Source of the DNA: Marsupella aquatica
Lineage: Eukaryota; Plantae; Marchantiophyta
Assembly: GCA_973895155.1 (NCBI GenBank)
Contig: OZ316892.1
Span: forward strand, 1,739,223-1,803,222
Direction of reading: 5' to 3'
DNA: 64,000 nucleotides
Under the pieces are notes generated by a model. That model saw nothing but the letters and a program-made list of their open reading frames with translations. It did not search any database and was not told where the DNA came from. The position numbers were made by a program, and so were the translations under genes. Below are positions 45,188 to 56,992 of this stretch, piece after piece; position 1 is the first letter of the stretch; every line of letters starts with the position of its first letter.

Positions 45188-46380
45188 TCAGTATTGTTGA
45201 GCACGTACTCGTGCACATTTTCTCGTTCCATATAATCTGACTAGATTCAGTATTGTAGAAGCTCCCTCCAAAATTGTGTTGTTCATCCATTCTGACTCAT
45301 TTTTATCCCATATGTGAGATGTCACGTCTTTGAACCCAGTCATGTATTTTGTCACAAATCCGATTGCCTGATTCAGAATGTACCCCCCTACGATTAATCT
45401 CTTTGGCCGAGCTTTGTTCCTCACAATGCCCTTTACAAATTTCATGTACTTTTCAAAAGGATACATCCATGTCGCTGATACAAAATCGCGCATGTCTACT
45501 TTCTCCATCAAGTGTGTCATGATGTCAAACAAGGAAGAAGGAAAATTCATTTTTAATTGACAGAGAGTTACTACTGCATCATCCATGAGGCTGTGAAATT
45601 CATTCGGATCTTGTGTTTTTTTACAAATACGTCTAAAAATTTCTGCATACTCTCATGACAGTAATCCTTGGAGCTTTTGACTTCCAATTCCTAACTGCAA
45701 GAGGTAGAATTTGTTGCATCGTGATATGATAGTCGTGAGATTTCATGCTTCCCAACTTTTCCTTTGGATTCACATGCCTCTTGAAATTCCCTTAATATCC
45801 ACAAGGAACTTTCAAATTCTGTATCCCTCTAAGAAACTCTCCTTTTTCCTCATCTCTCAATGTATAAGAAGCAAGAGACATCAGATGCCCCTTGTTTGGT
45901 CCTCTAAATGTTTTTGGCAAATGCAAATGTAACCTTATGTTTTCATATTCCATGTCCTTTCGAGAATCGGCAGTGTCTTTTTTTGCCAAGAGAGTCCAAA
46001 TGATATTCTCACATATATTTTTCTTGGTATGCATCACATCTAGTATGTAATGTATCAAAAGCTCCTAGAAGATCCACTCAAACTTCAATAACATCCAAAA
46101 CCTTGAATGAAAATTTTTTTATTGGACAAATATTTTTCATTATTGTCTAGCTACTTATGTTCAAAGAGTGCAAGGAGACTCACCCCCAATATGGTAGGTC
46201 ATGGAAACAAGTTCATCTGGGTATTGTCCAAGCTTGTATCGCATTGCAATTTGCGACGCATAACCAGATCATCAATGTCCACCTTGTCCTATGACAGAAT
46301 TTGCAATCCATCAATAATCTTAGGCGGGTACTGGTACAAACACTTCGCATCATAGTAGGTCCAAATGAAGCATTGCAAAC
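45188..46380 (-). pseudogene. Decayed CACTA/En-Spm transposase (Transposase_21/DUF4218 region)
   Basis: Fragments IHYILDVMHTKKNICENIIWTLL, YTLRDEEKGEFLRGIQNLKVPCGY, LCQLKMNFPSSLFDIMTHL, WMYPFEKYMKFVKGIVRNKARP, with stops and frameshifts. Confidence 0.88.
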
Positions 46381-49194
46381 AATTCTACTCAATCTGGATG
46401 GAAATTAAGAGATATGTTCTCTTCCACGAGTATGAAACTATTTTTGACCATTTGTGTTGCAATCAAAGTAGGTGAGTTGATGGCAGAACATATTGTTGAA
46501 ATTGGCTCTAGAAAATGTGTGGGTATGATGCGGACATGATATAGCTTCCAAATTAGTTTGTTCTTTCCAAAACAACGATAGGTGCAAACTAGTGTTGGGC
46601 GGTTATAGGGTTTTCCTTAATATACCAGCCATGTAAAGGTATAGTGGACATCCTTGGCCGACAAGACATGGTATTGGACTAGTATGTAAGGTCCCCACAA
46701 AATTTCAAAATATAGAGGTATATTATAATCTCAAATTGTAGACGGGGTATAGGTATAGAGTTTAGAACAGGCTGGTAATTATAAGGGTGTATGTAAAGGT
46801 ATAGCAAATTAAAACTCATAATATCAATTTTTGATGCAAAAACCAATCATATTTAACGTGCACAATTTGCATATAACACTTGGTGATACAACATATGCTT
46901 TGACTTCAGGGAAAATCTCCATCAATACTAGTAAGTGCTATAGTAAAGGCTCATCCTCCACCAATCTGGTAGGTTTGTTAGAGATTATTCTATAAATATG
47001 AGTTTATAGTAGCTTTTTTGGTATTCTACATTTTATAATTTTTTTGCTAATTTCTTTATCAATTGTCTATTTTTGATTGCATGTGGCTCCTGCAATTTTT
47101 TATAGTCGACCCCCCCCCCCCAAAATATTATAAATTTATATTTATAGAATATTTTATAATATACACCTTTTAAAAAATCAAACTGGCCACTAATATTGAA
47201 AATAAATAATATTCTTGGAATATATTTTTTTAAATAGGTGTAGTAATAATAGGCTAGCATCGCACGTGGTACCTGAAAATATACACTAAGTTAACCCCCC
47301 AAGCATAAACCAACTCATCCTTGGCAACATCAATGATATCACCTTCCCTAGCCAACTGAAGAGGTCACTAATGTTTGTTTTTTTACGGACCCCCATTAGA
47401 GGTCCTTTCCAAAATTCCTGGCTCCACAGCGCGCCACATGCCACAAACAGAAAGGGACTTGTTTTTGGATAAAATTAACTTCTACATTCGTGTTTGTGAC
47501 AACTTTGCTGTAAAAATTGGGATGCCATGCCGTAAAAAAGAATGTAAAAACAACTGACATACAAATCAAAAGACAAAAAGATTGAAATAAAATTGCTCCC
47601 AATAACAGTTTTATTTTCATTTTGATTTTATTCAAAACATAAAATTTTCTCGACAACAATCTTCAATTTGACATTGTTGAGTCAAACCATAATGAAAACT
47701 TACCTATAATATGGCGTTGGAAAAATCTTGAAGAGATGGTCTTGATGAGGTTAGCATTGTCACCATTCCATAAGAATTGAGTAGGTAATTTGAAAAATAG
47801 ATTTTACCCGTGATTTTGTAATCTCTAGTGCGAATAGAAATTTTTGTTGTACAACACCTAAAATGTTGACTGTCTCTTCAAGATCTTTCCAACGCCATAT
47901 GGAAGGAGATCATGAATTTTAGAAATTCTCTAGCTTTTTAATGAAGTTAACATTGATAGATTTAGTTGAGTTCTGAGGAGATTATAAGTTTCCAATGTTC
48001 TCTACCTTTCCAATGAATGTGACATTGGGAAATTTTATCAAGTACTAAAGTGGTCATGAGTTTCTAAGTTTCTCTAGCTTTAGATCCATTCCGAATCCCA
48101 CAATTGAAGATTTGTTTCCATGAAACTTTTTGTCTTAAACAATTATGCAAGGTTAGTGATTTGATGACACCGATAAGCTTCTCTCTCTTCGTCTATCTGC
48201 GTGTAGGAATTGAAAAGTGATTACTTTCGATGCAACTTGAGTGCATCCAATATCCCTTCGATAATGTGGAGGAAACCGTCAAGCACCGTTTTGCTGAAGT
48301 GGGCAATATAGCTACCCACACATTAAACAGTAGTTCACATTGCAGTTGGTTTTGTGATTGATGTTAATTGTGGTTGCCTTGGTAAGTTTGACAACTGTTT
48401 CAAGTGTCAAACATTGACTTGTTCATTTTGAATCTTTTTTTTTCTTTAGATTTGGAGGTCCATCTAGGCCTTCAGTTTCTAGATAACTGCCTCTAAAATA
48501 ACATGGGGGTCCACGGATTAATTTTTAATAATTTAATTTAATTTTTTTAGAGGTCACTAATGTTAGTAGTCTCCAAAACCATGTCCACCCTACAATCATC
48601 TGGTGCCTCCTACCCTACTCCTTCCCCAAACCCTTACACCTACTTGAAGAATGTTTTCATAAATCAATACCATTATAGCCCTTCAAAACTTGAACTAAAG
48701 CCCTTGTTTCTGAGTGCATTATGAAGAAGAATGGAAGTGTTAAGATTTGTATCAGGTCATAATAGCCCCTATCTATGCTCTACTTTTACTAAAATTAGCA
48801 AAAACTATCTCAAAGGCCTTAAGTGTGTTAATGCCTGCTAGGAGAGCATTATGGACCATATTAGCCCCTCAAACCTCAAGCTAAAAGCCCTCATTTTCCA
48901 GGACATTAGGGAGAAGATTGCAGAATCATATTTGGATCAGCTATGGCATTTCTCCTCTACTTTCACTGAAATTAGAGTAAAAATATATCAGACCTTATAA
49001 TAATGTCTCTTACCAGAGCATTTTGGGCCGTAAGAGCCCCTCACAAAGCTAATTTTACATACATTAATTTTACCCAAATAAACCCTAAACAGTATAGTTA
49101 GGGGGTCCATTAACTCATTACCAACTTGCTTAGAGTTAGTTTTGAGGGGAGGGTACTGAAAATGTGAGTTTTCCTCCACTTTTTGTGTACTTCT

Positions 49195-49401
49195 AGTTTT
49201 GTACACTTGCTTGCTGCAACTATATTAACCAGGTTTGAGACGGTGCTCCTGGCCAGCTTCAAATACTGTTTTGTACATTTGCTTGCTGCAACCATATTAA
49301 CCTAGTTAGAGACGGTGCTGCTGGCCAGCTTCAAATACTCTTTTGTACATTTGCTTGCTGCAACTATATTAACCTGGTTAGAGACGATGCTGCTGGCCAG
49401 T
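49195..49401. repeat. Three tandem 66-bp units; a further ~70-bp duplication at 49781-49941
   Basis: ttttgtaca.ttgcttgctgcaac.atattaacc..gtt.gagacg.tgct.ctggccag.ttca x3; aggcagaggagagagcaatcttcagt...tgacctagagattttac x2. Confidence 0.92.
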
Positions 49402-50873
49402 TTCAGATTCCTTGTGCAAATCATCAATTACATATCATTACTTGAGCTAACTCGTTTGCATTTAGTCCAGGACACTCGCTCCCGCATTTAGTCCAGGATG
49501 CATTTCTCCCGGATGCATTTCTCCTGTCCGAGGGGAGCACCATTTTTTTCTCTTCGTTTGAGAGCGAGCCATTGATTTGAGTGATCGTTTGATTGATTCT
49601 TTGCAGACTTGCTGGTCGGCCCACGCAACGATTCTCATCAAGGTACAAAATTTCGAGAAGCAGGACGAAAATTCTCCTGAAAACTACGAGGAGGCAAGTG
49701 CTCACGAAGCCTCTTAGGTTCGCTGTGGTTGGATTTGCCCGGAGGTGCAGTGTTGTAATTAGTCCTCATAGTTTCCATACAGGCAGAGGAGAGAGCAATC
49801 TTCAGTCATCTTCCGTTGGACTTCCCAAAAGCTGACCTAGAGATTTTACAACTCCCTCACAGTTTCCAACCCAGGCAGAGGAGAGAGCAATCTTCAGTTA
49901 TGTTCCGTTGGACCTCCCAAAAGGTGACCTAGAGATTTTACCGGAGTTGTACAAAGCAGGTCTACTGGTTGTTCGATGCTTCCCCCACAGAAGTCCAATA
50001 TGGTTGTGGAAAGCACGGGGAGAAGTTCTTACATGTAGATCATGAACTGGTGCATCATTTGTGTTGATGGCGTTATTATTAGGTTTTGCGTTATTGTACT
50101 TCACTCCTTCACAGGTAGTTGCTGCCGCAGAGAGTCTATTTGCAGTGCACCGATTGCGTAGAAGCTGGCTAGAATATACCAGGCATCACAGGAAGTGGGG
50201 CACTGTGAAGGAAATTGATGAGAAAGGATTTGTGCCCGGAGACCGTTGCCAGCTGCAAAAGCAGACCATAGTGGCACGAAGTACACCACTTTGGTGCTCC
50301 TGTCAATGGAAAGAAAGATGACACCATGTCCTCAGTTGTCTCTAGTTTCAACTAGATGTATATCTTTGTCGGGCATCCTCCTTGCGTTTCAGCTCCACTG
50401 TAGAATTAACAATCCTTGGAGCAAGTCATATCTCGTCAACCGGAACTGAGAATGTGCGCACTGGCCGAATTGCAACTGCCCAAATTGAAATGCATCTAAT
50501 TCACAATCGTTCCACATGTTTCTGTGTTTCCTTTGGTTTTGCAGCCATGGGTGAGCCACCACCACCACCACCACCGGGGAGACTAGTGAGGTTTCTAGAT
50601 TTGGTGGAAACTACTGAGGTTTCTAGCATGCATTTCCAGGCAGAATTTGCAGTCCATTAATACTCTTAGAGAGTTACTGGAAGAAATCATCAGCATCCAA
50701 GCGGGTCCATACGTTGCTTTGCGGGCGCTTCTACCCCTTCGTAGAAGTTGAAACATGAAAGAAATTGAATTGAAAGATGACCTTTTATGTTGGGATCAAC
50801 CGAAAGTTTGACTGTAAATTCTCTCACATGTAAGTATTTCCAACGCTCTCTTCATCACTCTCATTAAATTCTC

Positions 50874-52349
50874 TCACATGTAAGTATTTCCAACGCCCTC
50901 TTCATCACTCTCATCAAAACGAGTTTGGCGCCAACGGGCTTGGGCATGTGCATAGTCCCGGTCCCTCTTGTAAGTGCCATACAAAAAGGTATAGCAGAAG
51001 CAGCACAAACCAAAGGGCACTGCCATGACTGAGAACAACCCTCTAGAGAGCGCTCTGGCCTCTGTCACTGAACCTGTTTCTGGAATAACTTGATCTGCTC
51101 TGTAGCCAAACACGTTCTCGGACAGAAGTCCCACCATAGGAGCAGCCATGGCACCCCAGGACCCCTCAAAAGCCCGATCAAAAGCATACACCATTGTCCT
51201 ATTTTGTTCAGGAACGACATCTGCAAACATGGGATTGTTGGCACAGGCTTGGCACCAACTCACTGTCAACCCCATGAACAACATTGTGGCTGCATAGGAC
51301 ATGTAGTAGGCTGGATCTTGAGGCAAACATAGGAGAAGAAGATAAGAGAATGGAATGCCCATGAAAGAGCTGAACTGAGCACAATATATACGCCCGGAAC
51401 CAGGATACATCCTTTCAGCCGTGTCCCCCATCCATCCCCCAAAAAGGGCACCAACAGCACCGCCAGCTGCGAAGATGCCCATCAGGCTGGCTGCACCACT
51501 GTGTCCAAAACCTACAAGCTGCAACCACATTGTGAAAAATACCATTGCTGTCCAAGGTAATGACCCGACCAGCCCCTGTAGCACAATGATCTGGAAAGTG
51601 CGGACTTTCATGACTGCCTTCACAGCAATCCAGGAGTCTCTCCATGCAGTTTGAAGATTCTTGACCACTTTCTCTTCCTCGAGTCTCTCGCTGATCAATT
51701 GTCTGCCGCTTGCGGACCGTGATATTCTCGGAGTCCTGGGATCGGTGACGAGAGTATGCACAAGCCAACCTATGAGTGTGCTCACTACAGCCATTATTAA
51801 AAATGCCAATCGCCAGCCAGGTAGTGCTCCATAGGTGTGCCCTGCCATGATTGTTGCCATCATAGTACCCCCAATACCACCCACAGATCCAACGAGATTT
51901 AACCAACCAAATGCCACGCCTCTTGTTCCCTCCAAGTAGCTGTCAGCTGTGAAAGACTGAAGTGCAGGGATTACAATCGCCAGCCCGACACCATTAACAG
52001 CTCTGGAAAGAGCACACTGGAAAAAATTCTGAGACACAGCAACCGCTGCTGTGGACAGTCCCCAGAAAAGAGTGCCAAAACCTATCACAGATGGTCGATG
52101 ATATCGCATTGCTAAAAGCCCGGCGAGAGGAGACGAGATCGCCTGCACAAGTGACCTGATGAAAGTCAAGCTCCCCAGCTGTGATGGGCTGGCATTGAAT
52201 GCTTGGCCCACTTCCTTGTACACGGCTGGAAGCAAAGACTCATCCGCCTTCTCCATGATGGCGGCCAAATTTATCAAAATTAATGAGAGGGTGATCCCTC
52301 CCCATAACGCCTTCATTTTGTCCCTGTGCCCGGATGGGCTGTACAGCAT
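50874..52349 (-). CDS. Major facilitator superfamily transporter (spinster-like plant MFS), intronless CDS
   Basis: ~490-aa ORF with ~12 hydrophobic segments; LILINLAAIMEKADESLLPAVYKEVG, RAVNGVGLAIVIPALQSF, TFQIIVLQGLVGSLPW, VYAFDRAFEG, ARALSRGL, LYGTYKRDRD. Start ATG 52349 or 52316. Confidence 0.93.
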   Translation of the reverse strand: MLYSPSGHRDKMKALWGGITLSLILINLAAIMEKADESLLPAVYKEVGQAFNASPSQLGSLTFIRSLVQAISSPLAGLLAMRYHRPSVIGFGTLFWGLSTAAVAVSQNFFQCALSRAVNGVGLAIVIPALQSFTADSYLEGTRGVAFGWLNLVGSVGGIGGTMMATIMAGHTYGALPGWRLAFLIMAVVSTLIGWLVHTLVTDPRTPRISRSASGRQLISERLEEEKVVKNLQTAWRDSWIAVKAVMKVRTFQIIVLQGLVGSLPWTAMVFFTMWLQLVGFGHSGAASLMGIFAAGGAVGALFGGWMGDTAERMYPGSGRIYCAQFSSFMGIPFSYLLLLCLPQDPAYYMSYAATMLFMGLTVSWCQACANNPMFADVVPEQNRTMVYAFDRAFEGSWGAMAAPMVGLLSENVFGYRADQVIPETGSVTEARALSRGLFSVMAVPFGLCCFCYTFLYGTYKRDRDYAHAQARWRQTRFDESDEEGVGNTYM

Positions 52350-54075
52350 AGAAGCTAAACAGATAGAGCGCAATCTAAAGGCCCTTGCAGTCAGTAGTTC
52401 CCTCTGAAGTGCGGTCTACCAACTTCCTCCAGCTCAGAAATAAAAATGACTCAATTCGTTGACTGCGGGTGTGCCTTTCGATGCTGTACGCGCGTCCACG
52501 CTGCTCACTTGCCTCAACATGTCCCAATGCACCCAATTCCCGAGGCTGCAGCTACGTGACTATGCCGGTAGAAAATATGAAGTCCATCCAGGATGACAAC
52601 TTTCCATCCTGCTCCACCATGAAAATTCCCCTCACAGGCGATTGGCGGGTATGGGTTCTGCACAGAATTGTCACCGGACGAACGACTGTCCAAATGCCCG
52701 AGTTTATCTGATTTGCGGCCACAATATTGGCCGACGGAGGGAGGGAGTCTCTCGTGTCCCGTCTATAGAGTCGAATGTAATTCGCGATCTCCAACCCCAG
52801 TATTTCAACTCACGATGCTGGCATCCTTGAAGCTGTCGCCGGCGGACAAAATTTGATATTCAAACTCACAAGCGCATAGAACCATCAAACTATCCGCTAG
52901 CTCTCCACAAACTACGGCCGTTGCCATTCAGTCTGCAATGAGTCTCATCTCTTCTCGTCCCGTCTCGCCTAATGCTCGAGAAACTCTGGATCGGGAGATG
53001 CAAGCAAAAACAAAGAATCTCGAGTGCTAAACTCGTCCCCGAGACTGCACCAGTATCTCGTTTCCGCATTACAGGACACTCTTCAGCAGGGAGACTGCGT
53101 ATCATTCCAGGGTCGATTGCAATTTCCTAGATGGACTTGCCATCCGTCAAAGAAAACCTGAGTACAGTTCCACTCCCGAAAAATTGCGATAGCGGACTAG
53201 ACTAGACTAGACTAGACTAGAATAGACTTCCATGTGCCATGAATCAGTGAGAGAAACTTTCGGCAGGAAACCTGAGCATCACTCCCCGAATGGACGAATA
53301 CAAACCATCCGTCAACGAAACCCATCCTGAAAAACTTCTGTTCAATTCGTTGGACGAGTTCTCGCGCATCTCCACCAAATCCCAGCTCAAAAACTAAGTG
53401 AGCGACCGCAACAGCGAGCGGAGTAAAGTCGGTTTGTCTAGGTCCTTCCGGCGGCGCATCATCCAGACGCCCTGTCCCGTTCTCTCTTCTCCCCCTCTCA
53501 AATTAATCCTCGAAATGACTTGCCGTCCAGTCTCAATGCTCATCAGGGAACCAGTCCGATTCGGACTGACGAGAAAGAGGCTTCATGCTCGAGAGTCGGT
53601 GAGTCTGCAACTCCCAACTCACTCGTGCTCTCGAGACTCTGCCCGAATGAATGGTGCAGGCCGCGTGGGAGCTCCCGAAGCGAGGGAGTGATAATGAGCT
53701 CCAGAGTGCAATCAGTAAGTTGTCGAATGTCGATTGGAAGAAATTCGATTTGCAGAAAAGGGAAGAGAGGACCACGGGCGGAAGAAAGGAGAGTGACGAC
53801 CCTCGTGCTTCGACGAGTCATTCGTGCAGTCATCATCATGACGAGACCGTGGGCTTCCCTCGGATTTAGACCGCTACAGCATGGGGATAATAATGGAAAA
53901 CGGGTGTCAAGCTCTGCTAATTTGCTTTCCGTGGGTGTACTGGAAAGCCCTTTTCCATGCAGAGTCTAAAAGAGTATCCTCACCTATCTCTTGTAATAAT
54001 AGGCCTGGTGCTGGCAAAACTGGTGATATCCAAGTCTGCCCCCTCTTTTGCTTTGTTTTTGCATCCCAAGCCTGC

Positions 54076-54194
54076 ATCTGCATATCATTTTCTGGCTGGG
54101 GCACAATGAGGGTAGTGACCCCCATTTTTGGCCAGGTTTTCATCTGCATATCATTTTCTGGCTGGGGCACAATGAGGGTAGTGACCCCCATTTT
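54076..54194. repeat. Direct duplication with 66-bp period
   Basis: catctgcatatcattttctggctggggcacaatgagggtagtgacccccatttttg x2. Confidence 0.92.
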
Positions 54195-54723
54195 TGACCC
54201 GGTTTTCAGGGCGCATAAAAGAATCTCCCAGCCCTGCCAAATATCATCGACTCATGCTATAGTGCTAGTTGTTCACATCCGAAAAAAGAATTGAAATTTT
54301 AGGTATCAACTTAGTGAGTCTTTTTGTATGCTCTGGTGGTCAACAAAGACTTGGTGGGGCCTGTGCAGGGAAACAGACCCCCAACAAGGCCATTTGTTTT
54401 GAAAGGAACTTGCTCGGCCTGCCCTTCCTTGCAACCCCTCTACATCCTCATCTGGAGTCCTCCTGCTCTGTAGCAGTTACTCCCCAACAGGATTCCCAAT
54501 CAGGCCCCAATAGGGGCTTGTCAAAACAGGGTTGTAAGTGAGTTATGGTCAAGGACAGAAAGTATTTTTTATGGCCATAACAGAAAATCTTATGGGGTAC
54601 CTATAATGGTGCCTCATAAGGATCAGATGTCCAAAAAGTGGATGTCTGTAAGTGACAAAATGTCATTAACAGATAATTAATTACAGCCATAAGACCTAGA
54701 TTATGGTAGTGCTTTGACACACC

Positions 54724-54945
54724 TTAATCACCCGGTCCTTCATGGTGCAGTCCTGCCCTCCTTTTCATTGAGACAATGCTCTGATTATTGAAGAGTTTTA
54801 CACAACCCTGTTGAACAAAGGTACTGTTATTTCTTTTTGGCCAAAGGCCATCACCTATGACAACCAGGAATCTTTGAGATGCCCTATTTCTACACAGCTT
54901 TCTGTACACTTGTGCAATGCTCACATTGGCAAACCAACCTCTCAT
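54724..54945 (-). mobile_element. Possible decayed LINE C-terminal fragment
   Basis: FLVVIGDGLWPKRNNSTF resembles the LWxxRNxxxF motif also seen at 336-632. Confidence 0.3.
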
Positions 54946-56992
54946 AGATCAGACCTAGCCAAACTACAGTATACTCTTTGGCAATTCTGAACCATACCAT
55001 GCTCCAAGGTTTGATTCCAACTGCACCTTTGATAACTATAGTAAGATTCTCCACAAGACAGGCTGTCTCCTTAGGAATATTTTGTATATAGTAATGCTCT
55101 CGTAAAAGGACACTAATACACTTCTGAGGACTAAGAGATTTTTAGCTTTACTAATTTAAATGAAAGTAGACGGAGAAGTTTCATATGAGCTAATCCAAAT
55201 TTTCACTTTGCACTCTTCCCTAAAATTACAAAGAGGAAATTCATGAAGTGCATAGTTGACCATAACCCCCAAAAAACGACTGCTTCAGCTGGGGGGCTAT
55301 CATTGCATATAATGCCCTTGCTACATGGCGTTAAATAATGCACTTGAAGGCCTGAGATTTTCTACTTTCTCTAAAAGCAGAAGAGAAGTTTCATAATACC
55401 CCAGGATCAAAGTATGGACTGTGCATTCTTCTCCATAAAGCACCACAAATTACAAAGCGAAAATAGAAAAATCTAGAAGGGCATTAAATTCCCATACGAT
55501 GAACAGAAACAGGAGCCGCAAAGCAATTCGCCAAGAAGGAACTCAAATGTACGTGAATTGGACGCGTTGCCTGCTTCACATCTGCACAGGATACAATGAT
55601 CAGAGACAGAGAGAAAGAGAGGGACAGACTTGGATAATAAGCTTCCGTCGGTTCCTGTGTACTTCAAAATCAAAATAATATTGTGGTGGTGTTTTCAAAT
55701 GCATTAGTTATGAATGCTTTTGTCACAGAACAGTAGTACTGCTTTACAACAGCGCCCCGCCGGAAGTAAGGTCAGTAGTAAGGACGAGTAAAGTACTTTG
55801 CCAACGAACATCTGGTCTGGATTTCCTTCGTTGAATTGTGAGGGTTTTCTCCGGAGGCGTTGGATGCTGGTTTAATGACAATCCTATACAATTTGGACAA
55901 AGTTTCTAACTTCTCTAACGTTTGCCCTTGAATTCACCTAGTTCAGGACTACGACCTTCACGTTAGAGGGTTTAGAGGACCATCCTTCTGAGAAAGGGAT
56001 GGCTTTACATTGTTGAACCGAGTCGAGTGTGATCCGTTGCTCACGGATATGAAATGTCTAGGCCAAAAAATGCTTTCCCTGCAATTGAAACATTATCTCT
56101 TTTGTAGTTGTGGGTCAGGATCTAGTTCTCAGAGGACTTTGGAAGCACCTGCATAGTCCTGTTTGCAACTTGAGGTAGCAGTCACTAAGCAGAAACTCGA
56201 GCAAGCCACGAACTAGCGTCCTTCCTGTCGGACAGGGTTTAGGGTTTAGGTTTGTCACATTGACTGACTTCTCCGGTCATTCGTTAGATCTCGTGAGGTA
56301 TTTTCTAGAAGAGTTATTGAAAGTTATAGCTTCTTTGAAACGGAAGTTTTCGTCTTACCCTGCTTAACTTCTGCCTACCTTAAAAACCCCGATTCGAAGT
56401 CTACGACAATTGAAAATGTGCATCCCCTTTCGTCATTCTAATCTTTCTTTTTTGGACGGTTTATAACACATCTCATGGCTGGGATGTCAGGCATGTCCTG
56501 TTTGGCTGTTGTGTTCACATCGTCCAGGACAGCAGAGAAGAACGATTTTCTTGTAGTTGTTTTTTACTCTGTTTTCTTGTTTCCAGCATTGCGATGGGAA
56601 GGTCAAATGCGTGAAGAATGGGACAGACGGCAATTACAAAGCGAATTGCGGTATAATGCCTCTTTTGCCCGTTTGGCTTGGATTACACAACTCGGGCCTT
56701 TTCATTTGTCTGTCTCTTTGATTATAGACGACGGGCGTTTTGGAGTACTGACATGTTTCAGGAGTTTCCTAGGATAGTCGTCATGGATGAGTTCGTGCTC
56801 AAACTGCACTTCGTAGGAGGCTTTCACACTACTGCAGGTCACGAAAACTGCTGCTCGGCTCTAAACTTGTTATGTTCTCAGAATTGGGTAAATTGGGGCA
56901 TTGCTACCATAATGTCGTTCTAAAGAATTCTTTCGTTCAGTGCAGTGAGAGTTCAGGTTTTCCTGCTTGCTAAGTTTGAGCTGTGAGCACTC

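Larger units (their letters stand above)
43635..47297. mobile_element. ~3.7-kb DNA transposon-like element bounded by ~175-bp imperfect terminal inverted repeats
   Basis: Left gggttaactaagtgtatattttggggtgccacgtacaattctagcctaatat...atattccaagaa...ttcaatat...aaaagatatatatta; reverse complement of the right end gggttaacttagtgtatattttcaggtaccacgtgcgatgctagcctattat...atattccaagaa...ttcaatat...aaaaggtgtatatta. Confidence 0.8.

Noticed and set aside
43621-47297. piggyBac assignment from GGGTTAA / TTAACCC, or CACTA ends from CACTA at 47284
   Set aside because: Both motifs face outward relative to the inverted-repeat similarity, and no matching TSD was found in the flanks.
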